The position numbers and the translations under genes are program-made. DNA of 64,000 bases from Acidisarcina sp. (GTDB taxonomy: Bacteria; Acidobacteriota; Terriglobia; Terriglobales; Acidobacteriaceae): assembly GCA_036401375.1 (NCBI GenBank), contig DASWVB010000013.1, positions 145,651-209,650 of the forward strand. The letters are read 5' to 3'. A model generated the notes under the pieces. That model made no database searches, was not told the origin of the DNA, and was given only the letters and a program-made list of their open reading frames with translations. Shown in pieces: positions 27,274-36,694 of this stretch. Every line of letters starts with the position of its first letter. Within the stretch, counting starts at the first letter, position 1.

Positions 27274-27897
27274 ATGACATTGTTACATCTGGATTCCAGC
27301 CCTGCAGGCGAACGGTCCGTTTCGCGTCATCTGAGTGCGGAGTACGTACACAATTGGAAGCTCGCTAACCCCGGCGGCTCGGTAATCACCCGCGATACGA
27401 CAACGAGCGAGATTCCCCCGGTGACCGCCGAGTGGATCACGGCGATCTACACCCCGGAGGCGGCCCGCAGTGAGCGGCAGCGCGAACTCCTGACCCTCTC
27501 CGATTCCCTTGTCGCCGAGCTAGTCGCTGCCGACGAATACATTCTCGGCGTGCCCATGCATAACTTCTCGATCCCCTCCACGCTCAAGCTGTGGATCGAC
27601 CAGGTCGCAGTTCCGAACAAGACCTTCTCCTATGCGACGGGAAGACCCGTGGGGCTTTTGACGGGCAAGAGGGCGACGATTCTCATCGCGTCGGGCGGAA
27701 TGTATGACGCGGGCACGGCGATGATGTCGCTGAACCATGCGGAGCCCTACCTGCGGACTATCTTCGGGTTCTTCGGCGTAACCGACGTTACATTTATCTC
27801 CGCCGGCGGCACCAGCTCGCTGAACAGCGGGGCGGATCGCCAGTCCTTCCTGGAACCGCTCGTTGCCTTGGTTCGTGCCCAGTTCCAAGTGGCATGA
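27274..27897 (+). CDS. azoR: FMN-dependent NADH-azoreductase
   Basis: 'LLHLDSSPAGERSVSRHL', 'ADEYILGVPMHNFSIPSTLKLWIDQV'. Confidence 0.85.
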   Translation: MTLLHLDSSPAGERSVSRHLSAEYVHNWKLANPGGSVITRDTTTSEIPPVTAEWITAIYTPEAARSERQRELLTLSDSLVAELVAADEYILGVPMHNFSIPSTLKLWIDQVAVPNKTFSYATGRPVGLLTGKRATILIASGGMYDAGTAMMSLNHAEPYLRTIFGFFGVTDVTFISAGGTSSLNSGADRQSFLEPLVALVRAQFQVA

Positions 27898-27946
27898 CCC
27901 TCACCACCACTGATATTCAAACCGACCTTGAATGAAAGGACCACCC

Positions 27947-28393
27947 ATGAAGATCGCATCGCAAATCGCCAGGTATTTGCTGGGGCTCGTATTCCTTGTC
28001 TTCGGAGCCAACGGCTTCTTAAACTTTATCCCGATGCCGCCGCCCACCGGAGTCGCCGGACAGTTCATGGGAGCCATATTCGCGTCCCATTTCTTCGTCA
28101 TCCTGTTTCTCTTCCAGCTGATAGCGGCCATCCTGCTGTTGATCAACCGTTACGTGCCGCTGGCGCTGGCAATGCTGGCACCGGTGATCTTTAACATCGT
28201 TTGCTTCCACGCCTTGATGGCGCCTAGTGGGCTTCCGGTCGCTATCGTGGTCACCATCCTCTGGATGCTGGTGTTTGCGCGGGTACGTGCCGCATTTGCC
28301 GGGATACTACTGCAGCGCGTGCCGGAGCAGGCCTCTAATAGCGTTGGAGCTTATTCCTCGGGCAGTCACGCCGCTCCCGCCGCACAGGGGTGA
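27947..28393 (+). CDS. DoxX-like small integral membrane protein
   Basis: Four TM helices, 'IARYLLGLVFLVFGANGFLNF'. Co-directional with azoR. Confidence 0.6.
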   Translation: MKIASQIARYLLGLVFLVFGANGFLNFIPMPPPTGVAGQFMGAIFASHFFVILFLFQLIAAILLLINRYVPLALAMLAPVIFNIVCFHALMAPSGLPVAIVVTILWMLVFARVRAAFAGILLQRVPEQASNSVGAYSSGSHAAPAAQG

Positions 28394-28606
28394 CGACCTT
28401 GGTGTATGGTCCGGGCCTTGCTTGGCCGCGGTCCGGACGCGGCTGGCCGGCGTGAAAACTTTTTCCACGCTGATTATGGCTGAATCGTTCACGGTGAGGG
28501 CATTGGGCAGGCGTGGTCAACTGCTGCTGCTGACGATGCGATCACGGATCGGTGCTGTTGGGTCTCCTTTGAATGACGCTGTGGGGAAGCAGCTCCCCAC
28601 AATCCA

Positions 28607-29194
28607 CTAGAGCAGAAAAGGAACGAGCTGCCGGACCTCGCTGCGGTAGCGAAGGTAGCTCCCGCCGAAGCGTTCTACCATGAGTCTCTCCTCGGCGAGG
28701 CTTTTGATGTAAAAGCAGAGCGCGAAGGCGGCAATAGCGACAAAGCTCCGAATCAGTCCCCTTTCGAGAGCTGAGCCGAAGAGCGCCAGCAAAAAGCCTG
28801 AGTAGATGGGGTGCCGGGTGATGCGGTACGGTCCTCTGCGCACGAGCTCGTGGTCCCGCTTGAGCTCCGCAGTGCCGCTCCAATTTTTGTTGAGCGCGAA
28901 TCGCGCCCACACGCTGGTGGTGATCCCGCAGACTGCGACGACAAACCCCACCACCGCAACAGGCAGCGACACTGTGTATGCCGGTCTGTTAAACCAGTAC
29001 GGCGTCGTACGGGAAGCAAAGAGCAGATAAGCTGCAAGCGCCCCTGGCAGCAGGTAGTTCAACTCTGATCTCAGAGATTCCCTCTTGTAGGCGGTCTTGG
29101 TGAATGGGCTCATGACGAGGCATACCAGGATGAGACCCAACCACAAGTAATGCGTCCAGTCACTCAAAGCCTGGATTGAGATGGTACTCGCCAT
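28607..29194 (-). CDS. Isoprenylcysteine carboxyl methyltransferase (ICMT/PEMT)-family membrane methyltransferase
   Basis: 'LVRRGPYRITRHPIYSGFLLALFGSAL' signature. Confidence 0.8.
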   Translation of the reverse strand: MASTISIQALSDWTHYLWLGLILVCLVMSPFTKTAYKRESLRSELNYLLPGALAAYLLFASRTTPYWFNRPAYTVSLPVAVVGFVVAVCGITTSVWARFALNKNWSGTAELKRDHELVRRGPYRITRHPIYSGFLLALFGSALERGLIRSFVAIAAFALCFYIKSLAEERLMVERFGGSYLRYRSEVRQLVPFLL

Positions 29195-29609
29195 TTCGTC
29201 TCCTTCTGCACTCTAGAGCAGCTTCCATGTAACGAGACAACACGTGCGAGCCGTGTCCGCAGCGCGTCGGGTCACCTAGCTCGCCGTCTCTGCCTGGGGG
29301 AGGCCAGGGATGTCAGCGGGTGTGGCTTCTCGACGCGTCGGTAGCAATGCACGAAGAGCACTACGAGAGTGGAGAATAAAAGGTTCTCGCATCTGCCCGG
29401 CGGCGCGTGACCTCTGGAGCCGCCAGCTTTTTCCGAACACAATCTGCTCGGGGCTCCGACCGCCAAGCGCGGGGCAAACCTCATCATTCCTACTGCGTGC
29501 CTGAGGTTAAGGCGAAGATGTCTTTCGGGCGTCTTTCGACGGCAGCGAACGCAGCAGCAGTCGAGCGGCCGCCGGAGAGACAGCCGTGCTGCAAACAGAT
29601 GAACTTTGG

Positions 29610-29631
29610 GTGACAAGTCCGTGACAAGTCC
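29610..29631 (+). repeat. Perfect tandem 11-mer (GTGACAAGTCC x2) about 40 nt upstream of the first radical SAM gene
   Basis: Read directly. Anchored to the stop (29611-29613) of track ORF 29407..29613. Confidence 0.8.
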
Positions 29632-29673
29632 AGGTCCCGCGATGGCTATGCTCGCAATAACGGCGGACAGTGC

Positions 29674-31182
29674 ATGCGTAGATCCAACAAGATTGTGTTC
29701 TTTTTTCCATCCTTCTCCAGTTCAGAGGCGACGGCGCCTCTAGGTATTCTGGCTGTCGCAACACCGCTTCTCAGGGCCGGCTTCAAGATCGTCATCATCG
29801 ACTCGACCATCACGCCCAACTACAAGGAGCGCGTCCTCAACGAGGTCAAGGATGCGTTGTGCCTTGGCATATCGCTCGTGACTGGCCCGATGATCCGCGA
29901 GACGGTTGAGATCGCAAAAGCGATCAAGGCGTGGGACCCTGATTTTCCGGTAATCCTGGGAGGCTGGCATGCCTCTCTGCTTCCCAAGCAGACGCTGGAG
30001 GCTCCTTACATCGATTACGTGGTGCGCGGGCAGGGCGAAGACAGCTTCCTCGAGCTGGCCCAACACCTGCGCGACGGCACAGCACCCGACTTCGTAGCCG
30101 GCATCGGCTTCAAGCGCGATGGCAAGCTGACGATGACGCAGGAGCGTCCACTGCGCCCCCTTTCCGAGATGCCGCCCAAGGCGTACCACCTCGCCGACTT
30201 CGATGCATATGAGCGTAAATGCGGACGTCGATGGGCCATGTATACATCGAGTCTTGGATGCCCGTTCAACTGCGCGTATTGCACAAATTCAGGCGTCTAT
30301 GGGCGGAAGTGGAATGCGTTGACGCCGGATCAGTTCGTCGAAGAGACGGTCGATCTGAGCCGCCGCTACGCGCTCGATATGATCTGGGTGGTCGACGACA
30401 ACTTTCTCGTCGATATGGACCGCGCTCGCGGGATCGCCGACGGCCTGGTGCGCGAGAACTCGCATTTTCTGTGGAGCATACAAGCGACCAGCAACGTCGT
30501 CGCTCGACTGACGCCGGAGGATCTGCGTATGCTGCGGCGCGCCGGCCTGCACCAGATCTGCCAGGGCGTCGACTCCGGCTCTCCTGCCGTTCTCAAGGCG
30601 ATGAACAAGGATTGGCAGGACTTCGACTCGATCTACGAGAGCGCAGCACGCTGCCTTGAGGCCGGTATCCGGCCCTCGTTCAACATCATCTTCGCCTTTC
30701 CGGGCGAGGGACGCAGGGAGCGCCGCGAGACGATCGACTTCATGATGAGCGTCTGCCGCAGATTTCCCGGCGCGGAGTTCTGGACGAATATTTTTACTCC
30801 CTACCCCGGCTCACCGATGTTTTCAAGGGCAGCAGAGCTGGGCATCGATGTACCCACTTCACTTGAAGGCTGGGCAGACTTTTTCCCCCGGTATACAAGG
30901 CTGCCGTGGCTCAACGGCAAGGAACACGACCGGCTGCAGACGATGCGGGACTACCTCAGGGTCGCCTTCGACCGCATCCCGATCGGGGCGGACCGCCGCG
31001 GTAACATCACCCGGCTCATCCAGAGAGGCATCTCGCTGCCGGCGCGCTGGCGGCTCGATCACGACCTCTACCGGCTGCCGGTCGAGCTGTGGCTCAACAA
31101 CAAGCTGAAGCGCTACACGGAGATGAAGCCTGCTGTCGATGCGAAGCGGCTGGCGAGTACTCGAGCGGAGGCCGCGTGCTGA
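29674..31182 (+). CDS. B12-binding-domain radical SAM protein (class B), paralog type 1
   Basis: N-terminal Rossmann-like B12 domain ('IVFFFPSFSS...PLGILAVATPLLRAGFKIVIID', 'VRGQGEDSFLEL'). 'CPFNCAYC' cluster. Long C-terminal helical domain. Confidence 0.85.
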   Translation: MRRSNKIVFFFPSFSSSEATAPLGILAVATPLLRAGFKIVIIDSTITPNYKERVLNEVKDALCLGISLVTGPMIRETVEIAKAIKAWDPDFPVILGGWHASLLPKQTLEAPYIDYVVRGQGEDSFLELAQHLRDGTAPDFVAGIGFKRDGKLTMTQERPLRPLSEMPPKAYHLADFDAYERKCGRRWAMYTSSLGCPFNCAYCTNSGVYGRKWNALTPDQFVEETVDLSRRYALDMIWVVDDNFLVDMDRARGIADGLVRENSHFLWSIQATSNVVARLTPEDLRMLRRAGLHQICQGVDSGSPAVLKAMNKDWQDFDSIYESAARCLEAGIRPSFNIIFAFPGEGRRERRETIDFMMSVCRRFPGAEFWTNIFTPYPGSPMFSRAAELGIDVPTSLEGWADFFPRYTRLPWLNGKEHDRLQTMRDYLRVAFDRIPIGADRRGNITRLIQRGISLPARWRLDHDLYRLPVELWLNNKLKRYTEMKPAVDAKRLASTRAEAAC

Positions 31183-31249
31183 CCCCCCGCATCATTGCAT
31201 CCGCAGTGCAGGCCCACCGCGACCGCAGCCGCGATCTGAGAGGTGGCTC

Positions 31250-32746
31250 GTGGTAGATATCCTGCTCACCCATGCCTATCACCTTGCCTACGATCAGAAG
31301 CAGGTGCGCAAGATGCAGCCATACAGGCCGCTTGGAACCCTGTATGCCGCGGCCGCTCTGCGCTCGGCGGGATTCAGCGTGGCCCTCTTCGACACCATGT
31401 TACGGGACCCGGAGAGCGAGTTTTCCGACTTCTTTGCGCAGCATAGCCCGCGGGTAGTGGCGCTTTATGAGGACGACTTCAACTTCCTCTCCAAGATGTG
31501 CCTGACGCGCATGCGCGAGGTGGCGTGGCACATCTCGCGGATCGCGAAGGAGAGGGGCGTTCCGGTGGTCGCGCACGGCTCCGATGCGACTGATCACTCC
31601 GAGATGTTTCTCGACCACGGAGTCGATTACATCCTGCGCGGCGAGGCCGAGCAGTCACTCGTCGACCTCTGTCGCGCCTTGCTGGCTCGAACCCAGCCAG
31701 GCGACATCGACGGGCTCGTCTATCGCGATGCAGATGGCGCCAGGGTATGCGGCTCCGGTTCGATGGCGAAGAATGCGGCCTGGGCCGACCTCCCGCAGCC
31801 TCCAGCCGATCTGACTGATTTTCACTCGTATCGGGAGGCGTGGCAGCAGGCACACGGCTACTTCTCAGTGAACATGGTCTCAAGCCGCGGCTGCCCCTAC
31901 CGTTGCAACTGGTGCGCCAAGCCTATCTCCGGAAACAAGTTTCACCTTCGCGAGGCGTCGGCAGTGGCAGAAGAGATGCGGCAGCTCAAGGTCGATGCTG
32001 GAGCCGAACACATCTGGTTCAGCGATGATGTCTTCGCGCTGAATCGCCGCTGGGTGCAGGAATTTGCAATCGAGGTAAACCGCAGGGATGCAGCGCTTCC
32101 GTTCAAGATACAGTCGCGGGCCGACCTGATGTCGGTCGAGACGGTCGAGGCGCTGCAGTCGGCCGGCTGCGCCGAGGTATGGATGGGCGTCGAATCCGGA
32201 TCGCAGAAGATCCTCGACGCTATGGACAAGGGCCTGCTGCTGGCGGAGGTGCAAACCGCGCGGCAGAGGCTGCGCCGCGCAGGCATTCGGGCCTGCTACT
32301 TCCTGCAGTTTGGCTACCCGGGCGAGCAGTGGCAGCAGCTGCAGGAGACGATCCAATTCGTCCGCCAGACCCGGCCCAACGACGTTGGCATCTCGTTCTC
32401 TTATCCGCTGCCCGGTACAGTCTTCTACGAACGAGTGCGGGCAGAGTTGGGACCGAAGCGCAACTGGACCGACAGCGACGATCTCTGCATCATGTTTCAT
32501 GCCGCTTACACGAGCGAGTTTTATCGTGCCGTGCGGAATGCCCTGCACGCGGAGGTGGACGCCTGGTCTGGCGGCGGAGCGCACTCGCTTGACCTGACCC
32601 CTCCGGTGCAGCAGATGTGGCAGGCGGTGAACGCACTGGAGCCCGTCAGCAGGAACCCCGATGCGCTCGATCTCTCAATGTCCGGCGGGTTTCGCGAAGC
32701 AGAGATCGTTCCACTTCATCAGCTCACGGGAAGCATGGGGGTATAG
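31250..32746 (+). CDS. B12-binding-domain radical SAM protein (class B), paralog type 2
   Basis: 'ILLTHAYHLAYDQKQVRKMQPYRPLGTLYAAAALRSAGFSVALFD', 'LRGEAEQSLVDL', 'CPYRCNWC'. GTG start re-picked after 'gagagg'. Confidence 0.85.
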   Translation: MVDILLTHAYHLAYDQKQVRKMQPYRPLGTLYAAAALRSAGFSVALFDTMLRDPESEFSDFFAQHSPRVVALYEDDFNFLSKMCLTRMREVAWHISRIAKERGVPVVAHGSDATDHSEMFLDHGVDYILRGEAEQSLVDLCRALLARTQPGDIDGLVYRDADGARVCGSGSMAKNAAWADLPQPPADLTDFHSYREAWQQAHGYFSVNMVSSRGCPYRCNWCAKPISGNKFHLREASAVAEEMRQLKVDAGAEHIWFSDDVFALNRRWVQEFAIEVNRRDAALPFKIQSRADLMSVETVEALQSAGCAEVWMGVESGSQKILDAMDKGLLLAEVQTARQRLRRAGIRACYFLQFGYPGEQWQQLQETIQFVRQTRPNDVGISFSYPLPGTVFYERVRAELGPKRNWTDSDDLCIMFHAAYTSEFYRAVRNALHAEVDAWSGGGAHSLDLTPPVQQMWQAVNALEPVSRNPDALDLSMSGGFREAEIVPLHQLTGSMGV

Positions 32747-34153
32747 ATGCCCGATCTACTCCTCACCCATGGATACTTTCTCTTTGAAGATCCCAAAGAG
32801 CGGCAGATCATGAAGCCTTATGCGCCGCTGGGAATTCTTTACCTTTGCTCGCACCTGCGCAGCCGCGGCTTCGATGTCGACGTCTTCGATACAACGTTCT
32901 CAAGCCGTGAGCAGCTGTTCGAGCACCTGCGGACGGAGACGCCCTCGGTCCTCGGCGTCTACGCCAACCTGATGACTCGCAGCAACGTGGTCGCGACGCT
33001 GGCCGTCGCGCGCGAGGCTGGCTGGACCACGGTGGTGGGGGGCCCTGAACCGGGCGCATATTCGCTCGAGTATTTGCAGGCGGGCGCTGACTTTGTCGTC
33101 TCGGGCGAAGGCGAGCTGACGATGGAGGATCTGTTGACAGCCATGCGCAGCGGAGATGCAAACCTGTCGAAGATCGCCGGCCTGGCATACCTGGACGCAG
33201 ATGGAAACTTATGCCAGAATGCGCCGCGGGACCAGATCCAGAACCTCGATCTGCAACCATGGCCGGCACGTGACGCCATCGACATTCACCGCTATGTGAA
33301 TACCTGGCGTACCCATCACGGCAGCGGGTCGGTGAACTTCATCACCGCGCGTGGGTGTCCCTTCCGCTGCAACTGGTGCAGCCATCAAGTCTTTGGGCAG
33401 TCGCATCGCCGGCGCGACCCTGTGAGAGTAGTCGACGAGGTGGAGTGGCTGCTCGGCGAGTACAACCCTGACATGTTCTGGATCTCGGATGACGTGTTCA
33501 CTATCAACCACGCGTGGCTGCGCACCTACTCGGGAGAGATGAAACGCCGCGGGTTACGCATTCCGTTTGAGTGCATCTCGCGAGCCGACCGGCTCACCCC
33601 CGAGATGATGGACCTGCTGGCTGAGATCGGCTGCTTTCGGATGTGGATCGGCTCGGAGAGTGGATCGCAACGCATTCTCGATGCGATGGACCGAGGCGTC
33701 AAGATCGAACAGGTACACAGTGCAGTCGAGATGTGCCGGGAGCGCGGTATTCAGAGTGGCATGTTCCTGATGTGGGGCTATGAGGGCGAAGATCTCGACG
33801 ACATCGAGGCCACGATCAAGCACGTCAGCACATCGAAGCCCGACATCTTCTTCACCACTGTCTCTTACCCGATCAAGGGGACGCCGTACTACAAGCGGAT
33901 TGCGTCGAGGCTGGTGCAGATCGGTCCGTGGGGCGATAGCTCTGACCGCGAGCTCAGGATCCAGGGGCGGCACTCGCGAAGCTTCTACGCACATGCGGAC
34001 AAGCTGCTGCGCGATGAAGTCGCCCTCGCCCGCATTCTGGACAACTCGACCGGCATCTCGCGTGCCGCGGAGCCGGAGCAGGCCGCGCTGCGGCAGATGA
34101 TCGCTCAAGAGCGAGCCGCCCTGCTTGCGACCTACTCGGAGGTGGAGCAGTGA
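32747..34153 (+). CDS. B12-binding-domain radical SAM protein (class B), paralog type 2
   Basis: 'LLLTHGYFLFEDPKERQIMKPYAPLGILYLCSHLRSRGFDVDVFD', 'VSGEGELTMEDL', 'CPFRCNWC'. The ATG immediately follows the upstream TAG. Confidence 0.85.
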   Translation: MPDLLLTHGYFLFEDPKERQIMKPYAPLGILYLCSHLRSRGFDVDVFDTTFSSREQLFEHLRTETPSVLGVYANLMTRSNVVATLAVAREAGWTTVVGGPEPGAYSLEYLQAGADFVVSGEGELTMEDLLTAMRSGDANLSKIAGLAYLDADGNLCQNAPRDQIQNLDLQPWPARDAIDIHRYVNTWRTHHGSGSVNFITARGCPFRCNWCSHQVFGQSHRRRDPVRVVDEVEWLLGEYNPDMFWISDDVFTINHAWLRTYSGEMKRRGLRIPFECISRADRLTPEMMDLLAEIGCFRMWIGSESGSQRILDAMDRGVKIEQVHSAVEMCRERGIQSGMFLMWGYEGEDLDDIEATIKHVSTSKPDIFFTTVSYPIKGTPYYKRIASRLVQIGPWGDSSDRELRIQGRHSRSFYAHADKLLRDEVALARILDNSTGISRAAEPEQAALRQMIAQERAALLATYSEVEQ

Positions 34154-34250
34154 TGCTGAGGATTTGTTCCGTCACAGGACCTGTCTCGGACTGGCTTGGG
34201 CCGAACTACGTGTCGCTCTTTGTTGCATCGGGAGACAGGATAGTCGACCT

Positions 34251-35234
34251 ATGCTGAGCACAAAGGAGCAGCCGGAGACCGATCTCCAGTTTCAATTCTA
34301 TGGATTGACGCTGCGCTGCCCGCGGTGCGGCGCGCCGCTGCCAGCGGAGCCCGCAATGTCGTACAGGGCCTGCGACTCGTGTTCGTTCCAGCTGCTGCGG
34401 CGCGATGGAATCTGGCGGGCGCTGCCTGCGGAGAGAGAACAGTACTACGCGCAGTTTGTCGCGGACTATGAGCGAATCCGCACAGCCGAAGGGCGCGGCA
34501 GTGAGAGCTCCAGCTACTACCTCGCCCTTCCCTACCGCGACCTTTCGGAAAAGAATTCTTTGCAGTGGACGATACGACGGCGCACGTACGAGTACTTCCT
34601 GGATCACATCCTGCCCGAGATACTGGCCACGGGCGGTGCCGGCGCTCGCGTACTGGATGCCGGCGCGGGCAATGGCTGGTTCAGCTATCGCCTTGCCATG
34701 ATGGGACTGCGGCCCGTCGCCGTTGATCTGCTCGTCAACCAACAGGACGGGCTGGGAGCGGCCCGGCATTTTGAGGAGCATCTGCCAACCATGTTTCCCC
34801 GCTTCCAGGCAGAGAGCACGCACCTGCCTTTTGGCCCAGCCCTCTTTGATGCGGTCATATTTAACGCCTCCTTGCACTACGCGGAGAACTACACAGCGAC
34901 CCTGCTCGAAGCGCTGCGCTGCCTGAAGGCGGGCGGGATGATCGTTGTCGCTGATTCGCCCTGGTACTCGAAAGAAGCCAGTGGTGAACGGATGGTCGCT
35001 GAACGTCAGGCTGCTTTTCTCAGCCGCTACGGCACACGTTCAGACTCGATACGCAGCCAGGAGTTTTTGACGGACGAGCGTCTTGACGATCTGGAGGTCC
35101 AGCTCGGCCTGAGGTGGAGACGGCACACACCCTCTTACGGAGTGCGATGGGCCATGCGCCCCTGGATTGCACGATTGCGCGGTCGCCGGGAGCCGGCCCG
35201 CTTTCGGATCTATACCGCCAGGAAGCTCGCATGA
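34251..35234 (+). CDS. Class I SAM methyltransferase with N-terminal zinc-ribbon
   Basis: 'CPRCGAPL...CDSCSF' ribbon, then 'VLDAGAGNGWFSYRLAMMGLRPVAVDL' motif I. Start re-picked at Met43 (MLSTKEQ). Confidence 0.8.
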   Translation: MLSTKEQPETDLQFQFYGLTLRCPRCGAPLPAEPAMSYRACDSCSFQLLRRDGIWRALPAEREQYYAQFVADYERIRTAEGRGSESSSYYLALPYRDLSEKNSLQWTIRRRTYEYFLDHILPEILATGGAGARVLDAGAGNGWFSYRLAMMGLRPVAVDLLVNQQDGLGAARHFEEHLPTMFPRFQAESTHLPFGPALFDAVIFNASLHYAENYTATLLEALRCLKAGGMIVVADSPWYSKEASGERMVAERQAAFLSRYGTRSDSIRSQEFLTDERLDDLEVQLGLRWRRHTPSYGVRWAMRPWIARLRGRREPARFRIYTARKLA

Positions 35235-36694
35235 TTCTTCTCTTTCATCCACGCGCTACAAGGCCGCGCAATTGCCGGCTGCCTCTGGCTGTTCTCGCCC
35301 TGGCTGCCGTGCTCGAGGGGCGCGAAGAGTGGGAGCTCGTCGACGGAAACATCGAAGACAGACCGGTAGACGCCATGCTGCGCATCATCGACGCGCACCC
35401 AGTGGAGCTGCTCGGCGTCTCCGCGATGCCGGGTCCGCAGATGGTAGCAGCGATGGAGGCCTCGCGCGAAATTCGTAAGCTGCGGCCGCACGTGAAGATC
35501 GTATGGGGCGGCTACTTCCCTTCTATCTATCCCGATGCCGCGCTCAACGCAAAGTATGTCGACTTCGTTGTAAGGGGACAGGGTGAAGACACTCTCCTCG
35601 AGCTGATCGACGCGCTGCGTGGCCAACGAACCCTGGAGTCGATCCGCGGGCTGTCCTACAAGGATGCCTTCGGTCTGCATCGCAGCAACCCTGAGCGACC
35701 CATGAAGGGCCCCGACAGCTTTCCGTGGTCGCCCTTTCATCGCGTGCCGGTCGAGAAGTATCTGCGACCCTCCTTCTTCGGCAGACGCACTGCAGTGCAT
35801 CACGCCAGCATCGGGTGTCCCTTCAACTGCAGCTTCTGCGGAGTTCACGCTGCGTATGGGCGCGATGAAAAGATGGAGTCGCCCGAACGCACCGTCGAGA
35901 TATTGAGGCACCTGGTCGACCGCTACGGAGCAGATTCAGTGCAGTTCTACGATATGAACTTTTTTCTGCGCGAGGATCATGCGCGCAGGCTCTGCGAGCT
36001 AATGATCCCTCTAAAGCTGCGCTGGTGGTGTGAGGGGCGGGTCGACATCATGTCACGCTACTCCGACGAGACGATGGCGGCGATCGTCGCGGCGGGGTGC
36101 ACGATGATCTTTTTCGGCGCGGAGTCAGGCTCAGACTGGGCGCTCGAGGCGATGCAGAAGGGCATTACCACCGAGCAGACGCTCACCATGGCGAGGCGCA
36201 CACAGCAGTTCGGCATCATCCCGGAGTTCTCCTTCGTCATAGGGAATCCTAACGATCCGGAGAGAGACACGCGCGAGACGCTGCAATTTATCCGCAAGAT
36301 CAAGAAGATCAATCCGGATTCGGAGATCATCGTTCAGCACTACACTCCCACCCCGCAGAAGGGCGCAATGTACGGCGACGTGGACGACAAGATCTCGTTT
36401 CCCGATTCGCCGGCTGAGTGGGCGACGAAGAAGTGGATGGACTACACGCTGAGAATCGATACCAGCGCTCCGTGGCTTAGAAAAAAGACGAAGAAGCTCA
36501 TCGATAACTTCGAACTGGTCGTGGCATCGCGGTGGCCGACGGTGCAGGACATCCGCGCGCCCCGCTGGAGCCGCCTCCTGCTGAAGAGTCTGAGCGCGTG
36601 GCGATATGCACTGGGCGTCTACAGTTATCCGGTTGAGCTGCAGTGGGCGCACAGCTTCATCAATCTGCGTAAGCCCAAACGGGAGAGCCTGTGA
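35231..36694 (+). CDS. B12-binding-domain radical SAM protein (class B), paralog type 1
   Basis: 'MILLFHPRA...PLAVLALAAVL', 'VRGQGEDTLLEL', 'CPFNCSFC'. C-terminal tail 'YSYPVELQW' parallels 'YRLPVELWL' of the 29674 gene. The ATG overlaps the upstream stop (ATGA). Confidence 0.85.
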   Translation: MILLFHPRATRPRNCRLPLAVLALAAVLEGREEWELVDGNIEDRPVDAMLRIIDAHPVELLGVSAMPGPQMVAAMEASREIRKLRPHVKIVWGGYFPSIYPDAALNAKYVDFVVRGQGEDTLLELIDALRGQRTLESIRGLSYKDAFGLHRSNPERPMKGPDSFPWSPFHRVPVEKYLRPSFFGRRTAVHHASIGCPFNCSFCGVHAAYGRDEKMESPERTVEILRHLVDRYGADSVQFYDMNFFLREDHARRLCELMIPLKLRWWCEGRVDIMSRYSDETMAAIVAAGCTMIFFGAESGSDWALEAMQKGITTEQTLTMARRTQQFGIIPEFSFVIGNPNDPERDTRETLQFIRKIKKINPDSEIIVQHYTPTPQKGAMYGDVDDKISFPDSPAEWATKKWMDYTLRIDTSAPWLRKKTKKLIDNFELVVASRWPTVQDIRAPRWSRLLLKSLSAWRYALGVYSYPVELQWAHSFINLRKPKRESL

